Assembly (NCBI GenBank): GCA_963722075.1
Contig: CAVRJM010000001.1
Location: 32,001 to 96,000 of the forward strand
From: Candidatus Babeliales bacterium
GTDB taxonomy: Bacteria; Babelota; Babeliae; Babelales; JANWKD01
DNA: 64,000 nucleotides
Reading direction: 5' to 3'
A model generated the notes under the pieces. The model saw only the letters and a program-made list of their open reading frames with translations, was not told where the DNA came from and ran no database searches. The translations under genes were made by a program, and so were the position numbers. Shown piece after piece: positions 47,699 through 56,614 of the stretch; positions within the stretch are counted from its first letter, which is position 1; every line of letters begins with the position of its first letter.

Positions 47699-50600
47699 TA
47701 AAATTGTTCTTCCCATGAAAGTGCTGCAATAACTTCAATACTGGATCCTTGTAACGTTTCTCCCACTATCGTGAGAGTGTCTCCTGGATACAGTAAAATG
47801 GAAACCTCAGATGCAGGAATAAACGTTGAAACAGGCCCGCTGCCACTTGTTGAAACGGGCATAAAAAGTATGGTACTACCACCACTAACATAGGTTCCTA
47901 CCACACTATAGGCAATAACTGAGTTATTACCTATTGGGATATAACTGGTTCCCGAATTGGTCGCATTTATGAAGAAAGTAAATAATGCAGAAGCGGCTGA
48001 AGAGGTAGTAATTCCCCCGGAAAAAAATGAAACTCGTACAATTACTTTATTAGGAAGACTTTGGTAAGTAGTTTGGTTTTGAATGGAAAATACATAGGTT
48101 TGCCCGGTAAGAGAGATCTGGTTACTTGACCGTCCAAAAAAGCGGCTATTAGCTACGCTTGGTTGTCCTATAACGCCTGCATTCCATGAACCGGTTGAAA
48201 TGGTGGGGCTTGTACTGTTACTAGCTGTGTTAGTAACAATGGCACTAATAGGGAGTATGGGATTAGAAAAGGTGGGCGTTTGTGCGATATTTGCTCGATT
48301 TATTTGATGGAACGTAATCCAAGACCCATTGGTATCAAGTATTTGATAGATAATAGGGGCGGCGCCAAGCCATCCATAATCTATCCGAAACACATTAAGA
48401 TCATTTGGATTTAACACAAAACCGCTGGGGCCAGTACCATTAAGCGGATCCATATTAAATGAAGATTGGCCTACAATGGTATTAGAACTGTTTTGCCTAA
48501 ATAAAATGGAAAAGGTAGTACCATTAAATCCAACGGCAGCACCATCAACCGAATCAAAAACCCCAATCCATTGAGTTGAGTTCGCTGCGGATCCACTGAA
48601 CATTGCGCTAAAAAAGGCATACCCATCATGGCCAGAGCGATAGCGTAAATATTTTTTGCTCGATAATTGCGCGTATCCCGTGGTTCCCGTTCCAGAAGAT
48701 ATGGTAGCCATGCTAGAAGCAGAAGAAACTACACCAGAGGAGAAGGTAGAAGTAGTTGTATCGTAACCAGTAACGCCGTATTCAAATAAAACGCTTATAT
48801 AATCAAATCTATTTTCGGTAATTGCATCACCAAAAATAGAAACAAAGGGTGTTGGTTGGGTGGTTAAAGTGGTAATAACGCTATTAATTGCCGTGAAGGT
48901 GCTATTGAATCCATTGGTAATACTACTTTGTATGGTAGCCAGTGCAGTATAGGTGCCATTGAATTCATTGGTGATGGTGTTGCAGCACGTAGTGAGTGTA
49001 GTATTAAGCGCACTGAGAGCAGTGAATGTACTATTAAATTCGGTATTAAGAGCGTTGATGGCAGTGAAGGTACCAGCAAAATCAGTATTAATAGTTGTTT
49101 GAATACTGTTAAGAGCCGTGAAAGTACCATTAAATTCATTAGTAATGTTATTGCAGCAGGTAGTGAGTGTTGTATTTAAGGCATTAAGTGCAGTAAAGGT
49201 ACCATTGAACTCTGAATTAATTAAAGTGAAGGTGCTATTAAAACCAGTAGCAAGTGCAGTAAAGGTACCATTGAATTCATTGGTGATATTGTTGCAACAA
49301 GTGGTGAGTGTAGTATTAAGCGCACTGAGAGCAGTGAATGTACTATTAAATTCGGTATTAAGAGCGTTGATGGCAGTGAAGGTACCAGCAAAATCAGCAT
49401 TAATAGTGGTTTGAACAGCGCTAATGGCAGTTAATGTACCGTTAATGCTTTCTTGAGTTATAGAAATAAGACTAAAGGTATATTTAAACTGATTATCAAT
49501 ATCATTATCTAGAGCAGTAAGTGTTGTGAAAACGTTATTGAATTCAGTGCTCATAACAGTGAAGGTACCGTTAAAACCAGCAGCAAGAGCAGTATAGGTG
49601 CCGTTGAATTCATTGGTAATGTTATTGCAGCAGGTAGTGAGTGTTGTATTTAATGCATTAAGTGCAGTAAAGGTACCATTAGAAGCATTAGTGATTGAAT
49701 TAAGTACAGTAAAGGTACCATTGAACTCTGAATTAATTAACGTGAAGGTGCTATTAAAACCAGTAGCAAGTGCAGTAAAGGTACCATTGAATTCATTGGT
49801 GATGGTGTTGCAGCACGTAGTGAGTGTAGTATTAAGCGCACTGAGAGCAGTGAATGTGCTATTAAATTCGGTATTAAGAGCGTTGATGGCAGTGAAGGTA
49901 CCAGCAAAATCAGTATTAATAGTTGTTTGAATACTATTAAGAGCCGTGAAAGTACCATTAAATTCATTAGTAATGTTATTGCAGCAGGTAGTGAGTGTTG
50001 TATTTAAGGCATTAAGTGCAGTAAAGGTACCATTAGAAGCATTAGTGATTGAATTAAGCACGGTGAAAGTACTATTGAATTCTGAATTAATTAACGTGAA
50101 GGTGCTATTAAAACCAGTAGCAAGTGCAGTATAGGTACCATTAAATTCATTGGTGATATTGTTGCAACAAGTGGTGAGTGTAGTATTAAGCGCACTGAGT
50201 ACGGTGAATGTGCTATTAAATTCGGTATTAAGAGCGTTGATGGCAGTGAAGGTACCAGCAAAATCAGTATTAATAGTTGTTTGAATACTATTAAGAGCCG
50301 TGAAAGTACCATTAAATTCATTAGTAATGTTATTGCAGCAGGTAGTGAGTGTTGTATTTAAGGCATTAAGTGCAGTAAAGGTACCATTAGAAGCATTAGT
50401 GATTGAATTAAGCACGGTGAAAGTACTATTGAATTCTGAATTAATTAAAGTGAAGGTGCTATTAAAACCAGTAGCAAGTGCAGTATAGGTACCGTTAAAT
50501 TCATTGGTGATATTGTTGCAACAAGTGGTGAGTGTTGTGTTCAATGCACTGAGCGTAGTAAAGATACCAGAAAAATCTACGGTTGCAGTTACATTGAGAT

Positions 50601-52200
50601 TATTGAGTGTAGTAAACACCCCATTAAATTCGTTAGTAATGTTGTTGCAGCAAGTCGTGAGCGTTGTATTTAATGCACTTAAAACGGTGAAGGTGCTATT
50701 GAACTCAGAACTGATTAAGGTGAAGGTACCGTTAAAGCCGGTATCGATTGCAGTGAAGGTTCCGTTAAATTCATTGGTGATATTAGCACAACATGCAGTA
50801 AGTGTATTGTTCAGATCTTCAATTATAGTGAAAGCACCTACCAAGTCAGCAAGTTGTGTGGTTAATGTTTCAGTAACTTCTAGTAGTGCAGAAATAGTAA
50901 TAATCAGGCCTGACGTACTTTCAACGAGTTCATCTACTGCTTCTACTAAAATAGAGGTGGTAACTTCTAAGGTAGCAACCAATGTACTAAATGTTTGAAT
51001 AACGCTACAGCAACTAGTTAATGTATTTTCAATATCATTGAGTGTGGTAAAGGTGCCATTAAAATTGTTTTCTGTTTGGGCACAGCAGGTGGTTAACGTA
51101 GTCTCGATATCATTAAGTACCGTAAATACCCCAGAAAAATCAACCGTTGCAGTTATCATGATATTATCAAGTACGGTGAAGACGCCATTAAATTCATTAG
51201 TGATGTTAGCACAACAGGTAGTGAGCGTACTTTCAATATCATTTAAGACGGTAAAAGTTCCATTGAAATTATTTTGAGTTTGAGCACAGCAGGTGGTTAA
51301 TGTAGTCTCGATATCATTAAGTACCGTGAATACCCCAGTAAAATCAACCGTTGCAGTTATCACGATATTATCAAGTACGGTGAAAACGCCATTAAATTCA
51401 TTAGTGATGTTAGCACAACAGGTAGTGAGCGTACTTTCAATATCATTTAAGACGGTAAAAGTTCCATTGAAATCATTAGTAAGATAAGCGCAACATGTTG
51501 TAAGGGTATTATTAATATCAGTTAGCGTAGTAAACACACCCGAAAAATCAACTGTTGTTGTTATTTGAAGATTATTAAGAACAGTAAAAACGCCATTGAA
51601 ATCATTAATTAAGGTATCGCAACAATTTATTTGGTTTTGACAACATTCTTGAATGAATATTTGTAATGATTTTAATGCATCTAAAATGGTAGCTAATTCT
51701 AATGACTGAGGCCCTACAATTGCATTTTCAGTTCCGATAGGGCGTGGTGCTCGGTTAAGAATGGCTATTGTTGCCGGATCCGTGAGCTTTTTTATAATGA
51801 AAGGTAATGCTTGATTTAAATCGATAATATCCACATGTGATAGGCCATTTTGAACAGCTTTACAACAATTAATAAATTCTTGTGGTATTTCTTCTAATGA
51901 ATTAGTTTCAACACAACTTTCAATGATTAAAGTGAGGAGCTCGGTAAAATTGATGCCGTCAATATTTTCTGGGTTAACATCAAAATAGCGATGGAAATCA
52001 GTACAGCATTCTTTTAGATCTTGGTTATACGCTATTTTATGCGATGTAGGTGATGGGTCCTGTGCATGATGGCTATGGGTGATCTGCTCTGTATAATTAA
52101 TATTTGATATGCTTTGCAATGCGCATATATAAGGGTTAGTAAATAATATAAGAGATAGAATAATGTGTATATAATCATTATTTTTTTTGAAAAGCTTCAT
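47698..52200 (-). CDS. Fibre C: N-domain, CC-repeat stalk, phage-like head
   Basis: About 1500 aa intact ORF; roughly 20 CC pairs; head SSKKYLRYRSGH, DPLNGTGPSG, FRIDYGWLGA, WEEQF; ATG 52200 (track start TTG 52206). Confidence 0.9.
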   Translation of the reverse strand: MKLFKKNNDYIHIILSLILFTNPYICALQSISNINYTEQITHSHHAQDPSPTSHKIAYNQDLKECCTDFHRYFDVNPENIDGINFTELLTLIIESCVETNSLEEIPQEFINCCKAVQNGLSHVDIIDLNQALPFIIKKLTDPATIAILNRAPRPIGTENAIVGPQSLELATILDALKSLQIFIQECCQNQINCCDTLINDFNGVFTVLNNLQITTTVDFSGVFTTLTDINNTLTTCCAYLTNDFNGTFTVLNDIESTLTTCCANITNEFNGVFTVLDNIVITATVDFTGVFTVLNDIETTLTTCCAQTQNNFNGTFTVLNDIESTLTTCCANITNEFNGVFTVLDNIMITATVDFSGVFTVLNDIETTLTTCCAQTENNFNGTFTTLNDIENTLTSCCSVIQTFSTLVATLEVTTSILVEAVDELVESTSGLIITISALLEVTETLTTQLADLVGAFTIIEDLNNTLTACCANITNEFNGTFTAIDTGFNGTFTLISSEFNSTFTVLSALNTTLTTCCNNITNEFNGVFTTLNNLNVTATVDFSGIFTTLSALNTTLTTCCNNITNEFNGTYTALATGFNSTFTLINSEFNSTFTVLNSITNASNGTFTALNALNTTLTTCCNNITNEFNGTFTALNSIQTTINTDFAGTFTAINALNTEFNSTFTVLSALNTTLTTCCNNITNEFNGTYTALATGFNSTFTLINSEFNSTFTVLNSITNASNGTFTALNALNTTLTTCCNNITNEFNGTFTALNSIQTTINTDFAGTFTAINALNTEFNSTFTALSALNTTLTTCCNTITNEFNGTFTALATGFNSTFTLINSEFNGTFTVLNSITNASNGTFTALNALNTTLTTCCNNITNEFNGTYTALAAGFNGTFTVMSTEFNNVFTTLTALDNDIDNQFKYTFSLISITQESINGTLTAISAVQTTINADFAGTFTAINALNTEFNSTFTALSALNTTLTTCCNNITNEFNGTFTALATGFNSTFTLINSEFNGTFTALNALNTTLTTCCNNITNEFNGTFTALNSIQTTINTDFAGTFTAINALNTEFNSTFTALSALNTTLTTCCNTITNEFNGTYTALATIQSSITNGFNSTFTAINSVITTLTTQPTPFVSIFGDAITENRFDYISVLFEYGVTGYDTTTSTFSSGVVSSASSMATISSGTGTTGYAQLSSKKYLRYRSGHDGYAFFSAMFSGSAANSTQWIGVFDSVDGAAVGFNGTTFSILFRQNSSNTIVGQSSFNMDPLNGTGPSGFVLNPNDLNVFRIDYGWLGAAPIIYQILDTNGSWITFHQINRANIAQTPTFSNPILPISAIVTNTASNSTSPTISTGSWNAGVIGQPSVANSRFFGRSSNQISLTGQTYVFSIQNQTTYQSLPNKVIVRVSFFSGGITTSSAASALFTFFINATNSGTSYIPIGNNSVIAYSVVGTYVSGGSTILFMPVSTSGSGPVSTFIPASEVSILLYPGDTLTIVGETLQGSSIEVIAALSWEEQF
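48870..51650 (-). repeat. Intragenic stalk repeats (354-bp and 204-bp units)
   Basis: Near-identical blocks offset by 354 bp (49946/50300) and 204 bp (51209/51413). Confidence 0.85.
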
Positions 52201-52235
52201 ATCCAATTCCTTTTTTTTATTTCTTTTTTTATGAA

Positions 52236-52264
52236 ATAATCATATTTTTTATAAAATAACAAGT
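52236..52264 (-). promoter_or_regulatory. Conserved upstream motif of fibre C
   Basis: Minus strand CTTGTTATTTT...AATATGATTA. Confidence 0.45.
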
Positions 52265-52338
52265 TTTATAAGATAGAAATAATTGCGTATAAGCTATTAG
52301 CCTTATATGATAAAGGTAAAGATAAAGGATTAAAGAGA

Positions 52339-54234
52339 ATGAGGCCTCATAAAATCATGCATTACATGCATCGCACGGCTCAACTTGGATTACTAAGAAG
52401 TTGTTTACTTATTGGTAAGCGAATTATGAAAAAATATCAGCATCGTTCATTAAAAGCGAAAGTGCTTGCTAAAAAATCCTTTCATCCATGGTCGTATATA
52501 ATAAAAAAATATAAATATCGTGCTGATTTTAGTTTTTTTTGGAAGGAAAGAAAAAAGAAATTACAGCTAACAGTTGCTGATATACAACTATCGGTATCTT
52601 CTGAAGATCTTTTAACCCAAGCGTTTGAAATTACTAATAACAATTTTACAATTTTAGGATCTTCTAAAAGAAGTTTTACTTATTTGCCATGGCATAGTGA
52701 TATTCGCTTAGCCCAAACAGATGAGAAAAATAGTTATTTTGATCGTGAGCTATTTTATAAAGAGATACTTATTACTTATGGCACTGATAAAAATCTCATT
52801 AAAGATATTAAGGTACCGTGGGAATTATCGCGATTACAGCACTTCTTTGTTTTAGGTGCCGCGTACCAAAAAAGAGCGGATAGTGCATATGTAAGAACGT
52901 TTATTGATCATTTTAATGATTGGTATAAAAATAATAGCTTTTTGCTGGGTCCTAACTGGGTATGCCCTATGGATGTTGGTATTAGAGCCGTTAATATAAT
53001 ATGGGCACTTGCATTATTAAAAGATAGTCCTGAATTGTCATTAGATTTTTTACAAACAATAACCGGTAGTTTATATGACCATTTTGTGTATTTAGAACAA
53101 AATTGGGAAAAGTATGATGATTTAAAAACATCCAATCATTATTTATCTGATTTAATTGGTTATTTCTATTTATGTTATTATTTCTCTGATTTTGCCGCCA
53201 TTGCCAAAAAAACACAATGGTGTTATCAAGAATTATTAACAGAATTTGAAAAACAGATTTTTGATGAGGGAACTGATTATGAAGGATCAACTGCGTACCA
53301 TGTATTAATTACCGAAATTTTTTACCATTTTTATATGCTTGGTCAAAAAATGGGTTTTGTTTTTCCTGATTCATTTATCATCAAATTAAAGCGCATGTTT
53401 ACCTTTATTGATTGGTGTAAAGCAGGAAAAGAGGAACCATTATTGCTTATTGGTGATAATGATTCGGGTAAAATTTTATTCTATGGGCTCAGTAGTTCGT
53501 TAATTGAATCAATGAAAGAAGTGGCTACGAATGAAAAAAAAGATTTTCCAGAATTTGGGCTTTCTATTATTAAAAATGAGCGGGTGCATTGTTCATTACG
53601 CCATTATGTATATCAGGAAAAACAGCCTTCTGGCCATTTTCATAATGATGCTGCCAGTATCACTCTTACGGTAAATAATATTCCTCTTTTTATTGATCCT
53701 GGTACGTATGTATACACGCCGTCAGCATGGTGGCGTAATTATTTTAGATCAGTTAAACAACATAATACTTTTTATATTCAAGATACTGAACCGGTTGAAT
53801 TTACTGAACATCTTTTTGAACATAGGATGCCGGCTGCATCCTGCCAATATGAAATTGACAAAATAGATAAGTTAAAAACAGCTCATAATTTATATAAAGA
53901 GCGATATGGATTACGGGCATCTCGGGAAATTAGCTGCTTACAGAATAAAATACAAATAACTGATATTTGGCGTTCTCAGCGCTCAATAGATCCACATCTA
54001 TTTGGTGTATGGAATTTTATGCTTAATCCCGCAATAATTGCTAAAAAAACGATGCATGGATTTAGTTTCATTAATGAAAATCGAGAAATTGCACAATTTA
54101 CTTCAACGCTCGATTTTGTTATTAAAGATGGTTTTATATCATATGCCTACGGTACTAAAGTGCCTACCGTTCGCTTAGAAGCAGTGGTCAACATAATGCA
54201 TGATGATCCGGTGATATCTATTATAGAGTTTTAA
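52339..54234 (+). CDS. Heparinase II/III-family protein
   Basis: DIKVPWELSRLQH, SNHYLSD, EGSTAYH, IGDNDSG, GHFHND, IDPGTYVY, FRSVKQHNT. Confidence 0.9.
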   Translation: MRPHKIMHYMHRTAQLGLLRSCLLIGKRIMKKYQHRSLKAKVLAKKSFHPWSYIIKKYKYRADFSFFWKERKKKLQLTVADIQLSVSSEDLLTQAFEITNNNFTILGSSKRSFTYLPWHSDIRLAQTDEKNSYFDRELFYKEILITYGTDKNLIKDIKVPWELSRLQHFFVLGAAYQKRADSAYVRTFIDHFNDWYKNNSFLLGPNWVCPMDVGIRAVNIIWALALLKDSPELSLDFLQTITGSLYDHFVYLEQNWEKYDDLKTSNHYLSDLIGYFYLCYYFSDFAAIAKKTQWCYQELLTEFEKQIFDEGTDYEGSTAYHVLITEIFYHFYMLGQKMGFVFPDSFIIKLKRMFTFIDWCKAGKEEPLLLIGDNDSGKILFYGLSSSLIESMKEVATNEKKDFPEFGLSIIKNERVHCSLRHYVYQEKQPSGHFHNDAASITLTVNNIPLFIDPGTYVYTPSAWWRNYFRSVKQHNTFYIQDTEPVEFTEHLFEHRMPAASCQYEIDKIDKLKTAHNLYKERYGLRASREISCLQNKIQITDIWRSQRSIDPHLFGVWNFMLNPAIIAKKTMHGFSFINENREIAQFTSTLDFVIKDGFISYAYGTKVPTVRLEAVVNIMHDDPVISIIEF

Positions 54235-55400
54235 TGGGTGCCATTGCCAACAATAAAATTATTTTCTAGGGCCCAATTATCAATCGCTTCTAAAATCTGC
54301 TTACTGGCTGCATTATTTTTTTGAGTTGCTTTGATGATTGCGTCTTTTAATAGTTGCGGATCTATTGCTTGCGGAAATGTCCATTCGAGTAATAAATGTA
54401 CCAATGGAACATTATTTTCATCGATAGCATAGGTATAGGCAGAATCGCCAAAATTATCATGAATATTAACGTCTGCGCCATTTTCAAGTAATAATTGAGC
54501 CAATGAACGCTGTACGCGATTGGACTGCTCTTTTCGTGCGAGTACCATTAATAGGGGTGCGGAGAACCGAGTATAATTTACATCAGCTCCTGAATCTATT
54601 AATAACTTAATTAATTTTAATGAAGGGATTTTATTTTCACTTGCAAAAATTGAAATAAGCGTATACAGCATTATTGATAAATCATGAATGGGGAGTGCAT
54701 TCAATTTTATCCCTAATACTATTTTTTTATATAAATCATTAACCAGAGATGGATATAAACTTATTGCAGAAAAATATTCTATATAATGGTCTGGATTATC
54801 ATAGGTTAATAATACTTGTAACATTTGTTCACTTGAGGGCTTTAATACCGATTGAATTAAGGTATTTATTGAAGAAATATAAAAATGGGAATTCTTTAAT
54901 TTATATAATAGGCTTTGTGTAGTAATAATATCATTATTTTTAACTGAATTAATTAATTGCTCAAATAATTCTTTTACCCGTTCAAACAATCCAATAAATA
55001 ATGGGTCAATTTTTTTATGCATCAACTCATTAATAATATCATCGACAATATATGAAGCGGGTAATCGACGTGCAATTTTAAGTGCAAGCGAATTTAAAAA
55101 AAGGTCATTTCGTAATGCAAAATAATATTGCTCATTTACCGTAGATAATCTCGAAAAATCTTTAATAAAATCAAGATATTGTTTTTTTAGATTGGTGATG
55201 GTTTCATGAATAGCTAATTGGGTTTCTCTTTTTTTGAATGGTAATCTAACTTTTGGTGGCAAAAGATGTTTTACAACCTTAAGAATAAGTTCCAAAGGAA
55301 GTTTTTCCAGTGATGCTTTTTCAGGCTCACGAGATTCCATTGCAAATAATTTTAATGGCAATAATAGTAGAATAAGAATAAAAATAGATAATTTTTTCAT
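54231..55400 (-). CDS. Secreted F-box and ankyrin-repeat protein (candidate effector)
   Basis: Signal peptide; LEKLPLELILKVVKHL; LLIDSGADVN, LLLENGADVNIHDNFGDSA. Confidence 0.8.
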   Translation of the reverse strand: MKKLSIFILILLLLPLKLFAMESREPEKASLEKLPLELILKVVKHLLPPKVRLPFKKRETQLAIHETITNLKKQYLDFIKDFSRLSTVNEQYYFALRNDLFLNSLALKIARRLPASYIVDDIINELMHKKIDPLFIGLFERVKELFEQLINSVKNNDIITTQSLLYKLKNSHFYISSINTLIQSVLKPSSEQMLQVLLTYDNPDHYIEYFSAISLYPSLVNDLYKKIVLGIKLNALPIHDLSIMLYTLISIFASENKIPSLKLIKLLIDSGADVNYTRFSAPLLMVLARKEQSNRVQRSLAQLLLENGADVNIHDNFGDSAYTYAIDENNVPLVHLLLEWTFPQAIDPQLLKDAIIKATQKNNAASKQILEAIDNWALENNFIVGNGTH

Positions 55401-55532
55401 GATTTCTCCAATTTAATATATTATAATTGTAATTAAATTATTGATACAAAATCAACAAATAGAATACCAAAAGAACGTAAAACTTATATTGGTAAAGGTG
55501 AAATCAAGTTATATAGTATCTAAGTCGTTTTT

Positions 55533-55817
55533 TTATTTCTTCCATACAATTCCTTCCTGCAAAATGGTAGTATGTAGGTCATCTGGAATGGTATTCATAT
55601 CAACCACATCAATCATTAAAGGCAAATTTAATCCTTCTAAGACATTTCTTGCTTTACTTATTTCTAAAAAATTAAGCTTTTTGCCTGTATCAATTGCTAG
55701 GTCAGTATCTGAAAATGGCTTAGCCGTACCTCGGGCACGCGAACCAAAAAGGTAGATTTTTACACCAGGAAATAAAGCATCGAGTAATCGGATTATTATT
55801 TCTTGTTCTTTAATCAT
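55533..55817 (-). CDS. Minimal nucleotidyltransferase (MNT antitoxin-like)
   Basis: IYLFGSRARG...SDTDLAI...IDVVD. Confidence 0.9.
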   Translation of the reverse strand: MIKEQEIIIRLLDALFPGVKIYLFGSRARGTAKPFSDTDLAIDTGKKLNFLEISKARNVLEGLNLPLMIDVVDMNTIPDDLHTTILQEGIVWKK

Positions 55818-55890
55818 TTTAGTTATTAATCTTTGTAACTTATAACATTATAATTACTAAATATAACATTTATATGGCAAGGAAACTATT

Positions 55891-56571
55891 ATGAATAAAA
55901 TGTTTTTAGTACTGATTTTTGTTATTCCATTTTATGCTAAAGGAATGGAACGACAATATAATAACTCAGAAAAAGAAATAGTAAGGCAACTAGTTAAAAC
56001 GCCGGGAGGGTTTGCCCAGCGATGTGCTGAGGTATCTATGGAAGCTCAAGCAAAGCAAGCTGCAATTGAAGAGAGAAGACGAAAAGAAAATGAAGATATT
56101 GATGGTCTTATTGCCCATACGTTAGCAGATCGCGGCTATATTATAAGGCCAAAATATTATAATGATTCATATGCAAGATTAATGTATGAAAGCATAACTT
56201 TATACGAAAATTTTGAAGGAACGGTAAAATATATCGATTTTTCAGGAATTTATCGAATGTATTTGTTACGAGATTTAATTAAGGATCAGCTTAATCGCTC
56301 CGAAAGTTTAGCAGAACTCTTATTTAGCACCTGTGATTTAAATAATCGCGGTAAAAAACAATTTACCGGCCCCAATGTAGATTTACTGGCAATAATATTA
56401 GAAAATTGTGTTATTAACAAAGACCAAGAAGGGAATAATGTTGTTGATACGAGTAATTTGTTAAAAAATACTGGCTTGATAAATCATTTCTATGCAGCAT
56501 TGGGGTATACCTCGCTAGGAATTGGGTTGACGGTTGCTGGGTATTATTTAGCAAAATTGATTCAGAAGTAG
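55891..56571 (+). CDS. Hypothetical secreted protein with C-terminal TM
   Basis: Signal peptide AKG|ME; C-terminal hydrophobic anchor. Confidence 0.75.
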   Translation: MNKMFLVLIFVIPFYAKGMERQYNNSEKEIVRQLVKTPGGFAQRCAEVSMEAQAKQAAIEERRRKENEDIDGLIAHTLADRGYIIRPKYYNDSYARLMYESITLYENFEGTVKYIDFSGIYRMYLLRDLIKDQLNRSESLAELLFSTCDLNNRGKKQFTGPNVDLLAIILENCVINKDQEGNNVVDTSNLLKNTGLINHFYAALGYTSLGIGLTVAGYYLAKLIQK

Positions 56572-56586
56572 GTCTTATTTTATTAA

Positions 56587-56614
56587 TGGATCCCCACGCT
56601 ACGCTCGGGACGAC
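56587..56614. repeat. Palindromic element arm overlapping the tilS 3' end
   Basis: tggatccccacgctacgctcgggacgac matches 32182-32208. Confidence 0.7.

Noticed and set aside
36912..51487. Long plus-strand ORFs rich in VKVPLNS (e.g. 37256..38332, 42671..43426, 50504..50998)
   Set aside because: Antisense shadows of the fibre repeats; no independent start signals or domains
36900..51650. Repeat arrays as possible CRISPR
   Set aside because: In-frame coding repeats with codon-position variation, no unique spacers, no cas genes
32994..52200. Prophage or tailocin
   Set aside because: Only one phage-like domain type; the genes have signal peptides; no capsid, sheath, baseplate, integrase or lysis genes; metG lies inside
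55441..55755. 104-aa plus-strand ORF
   Set aside because: Antisense to the MNT gene
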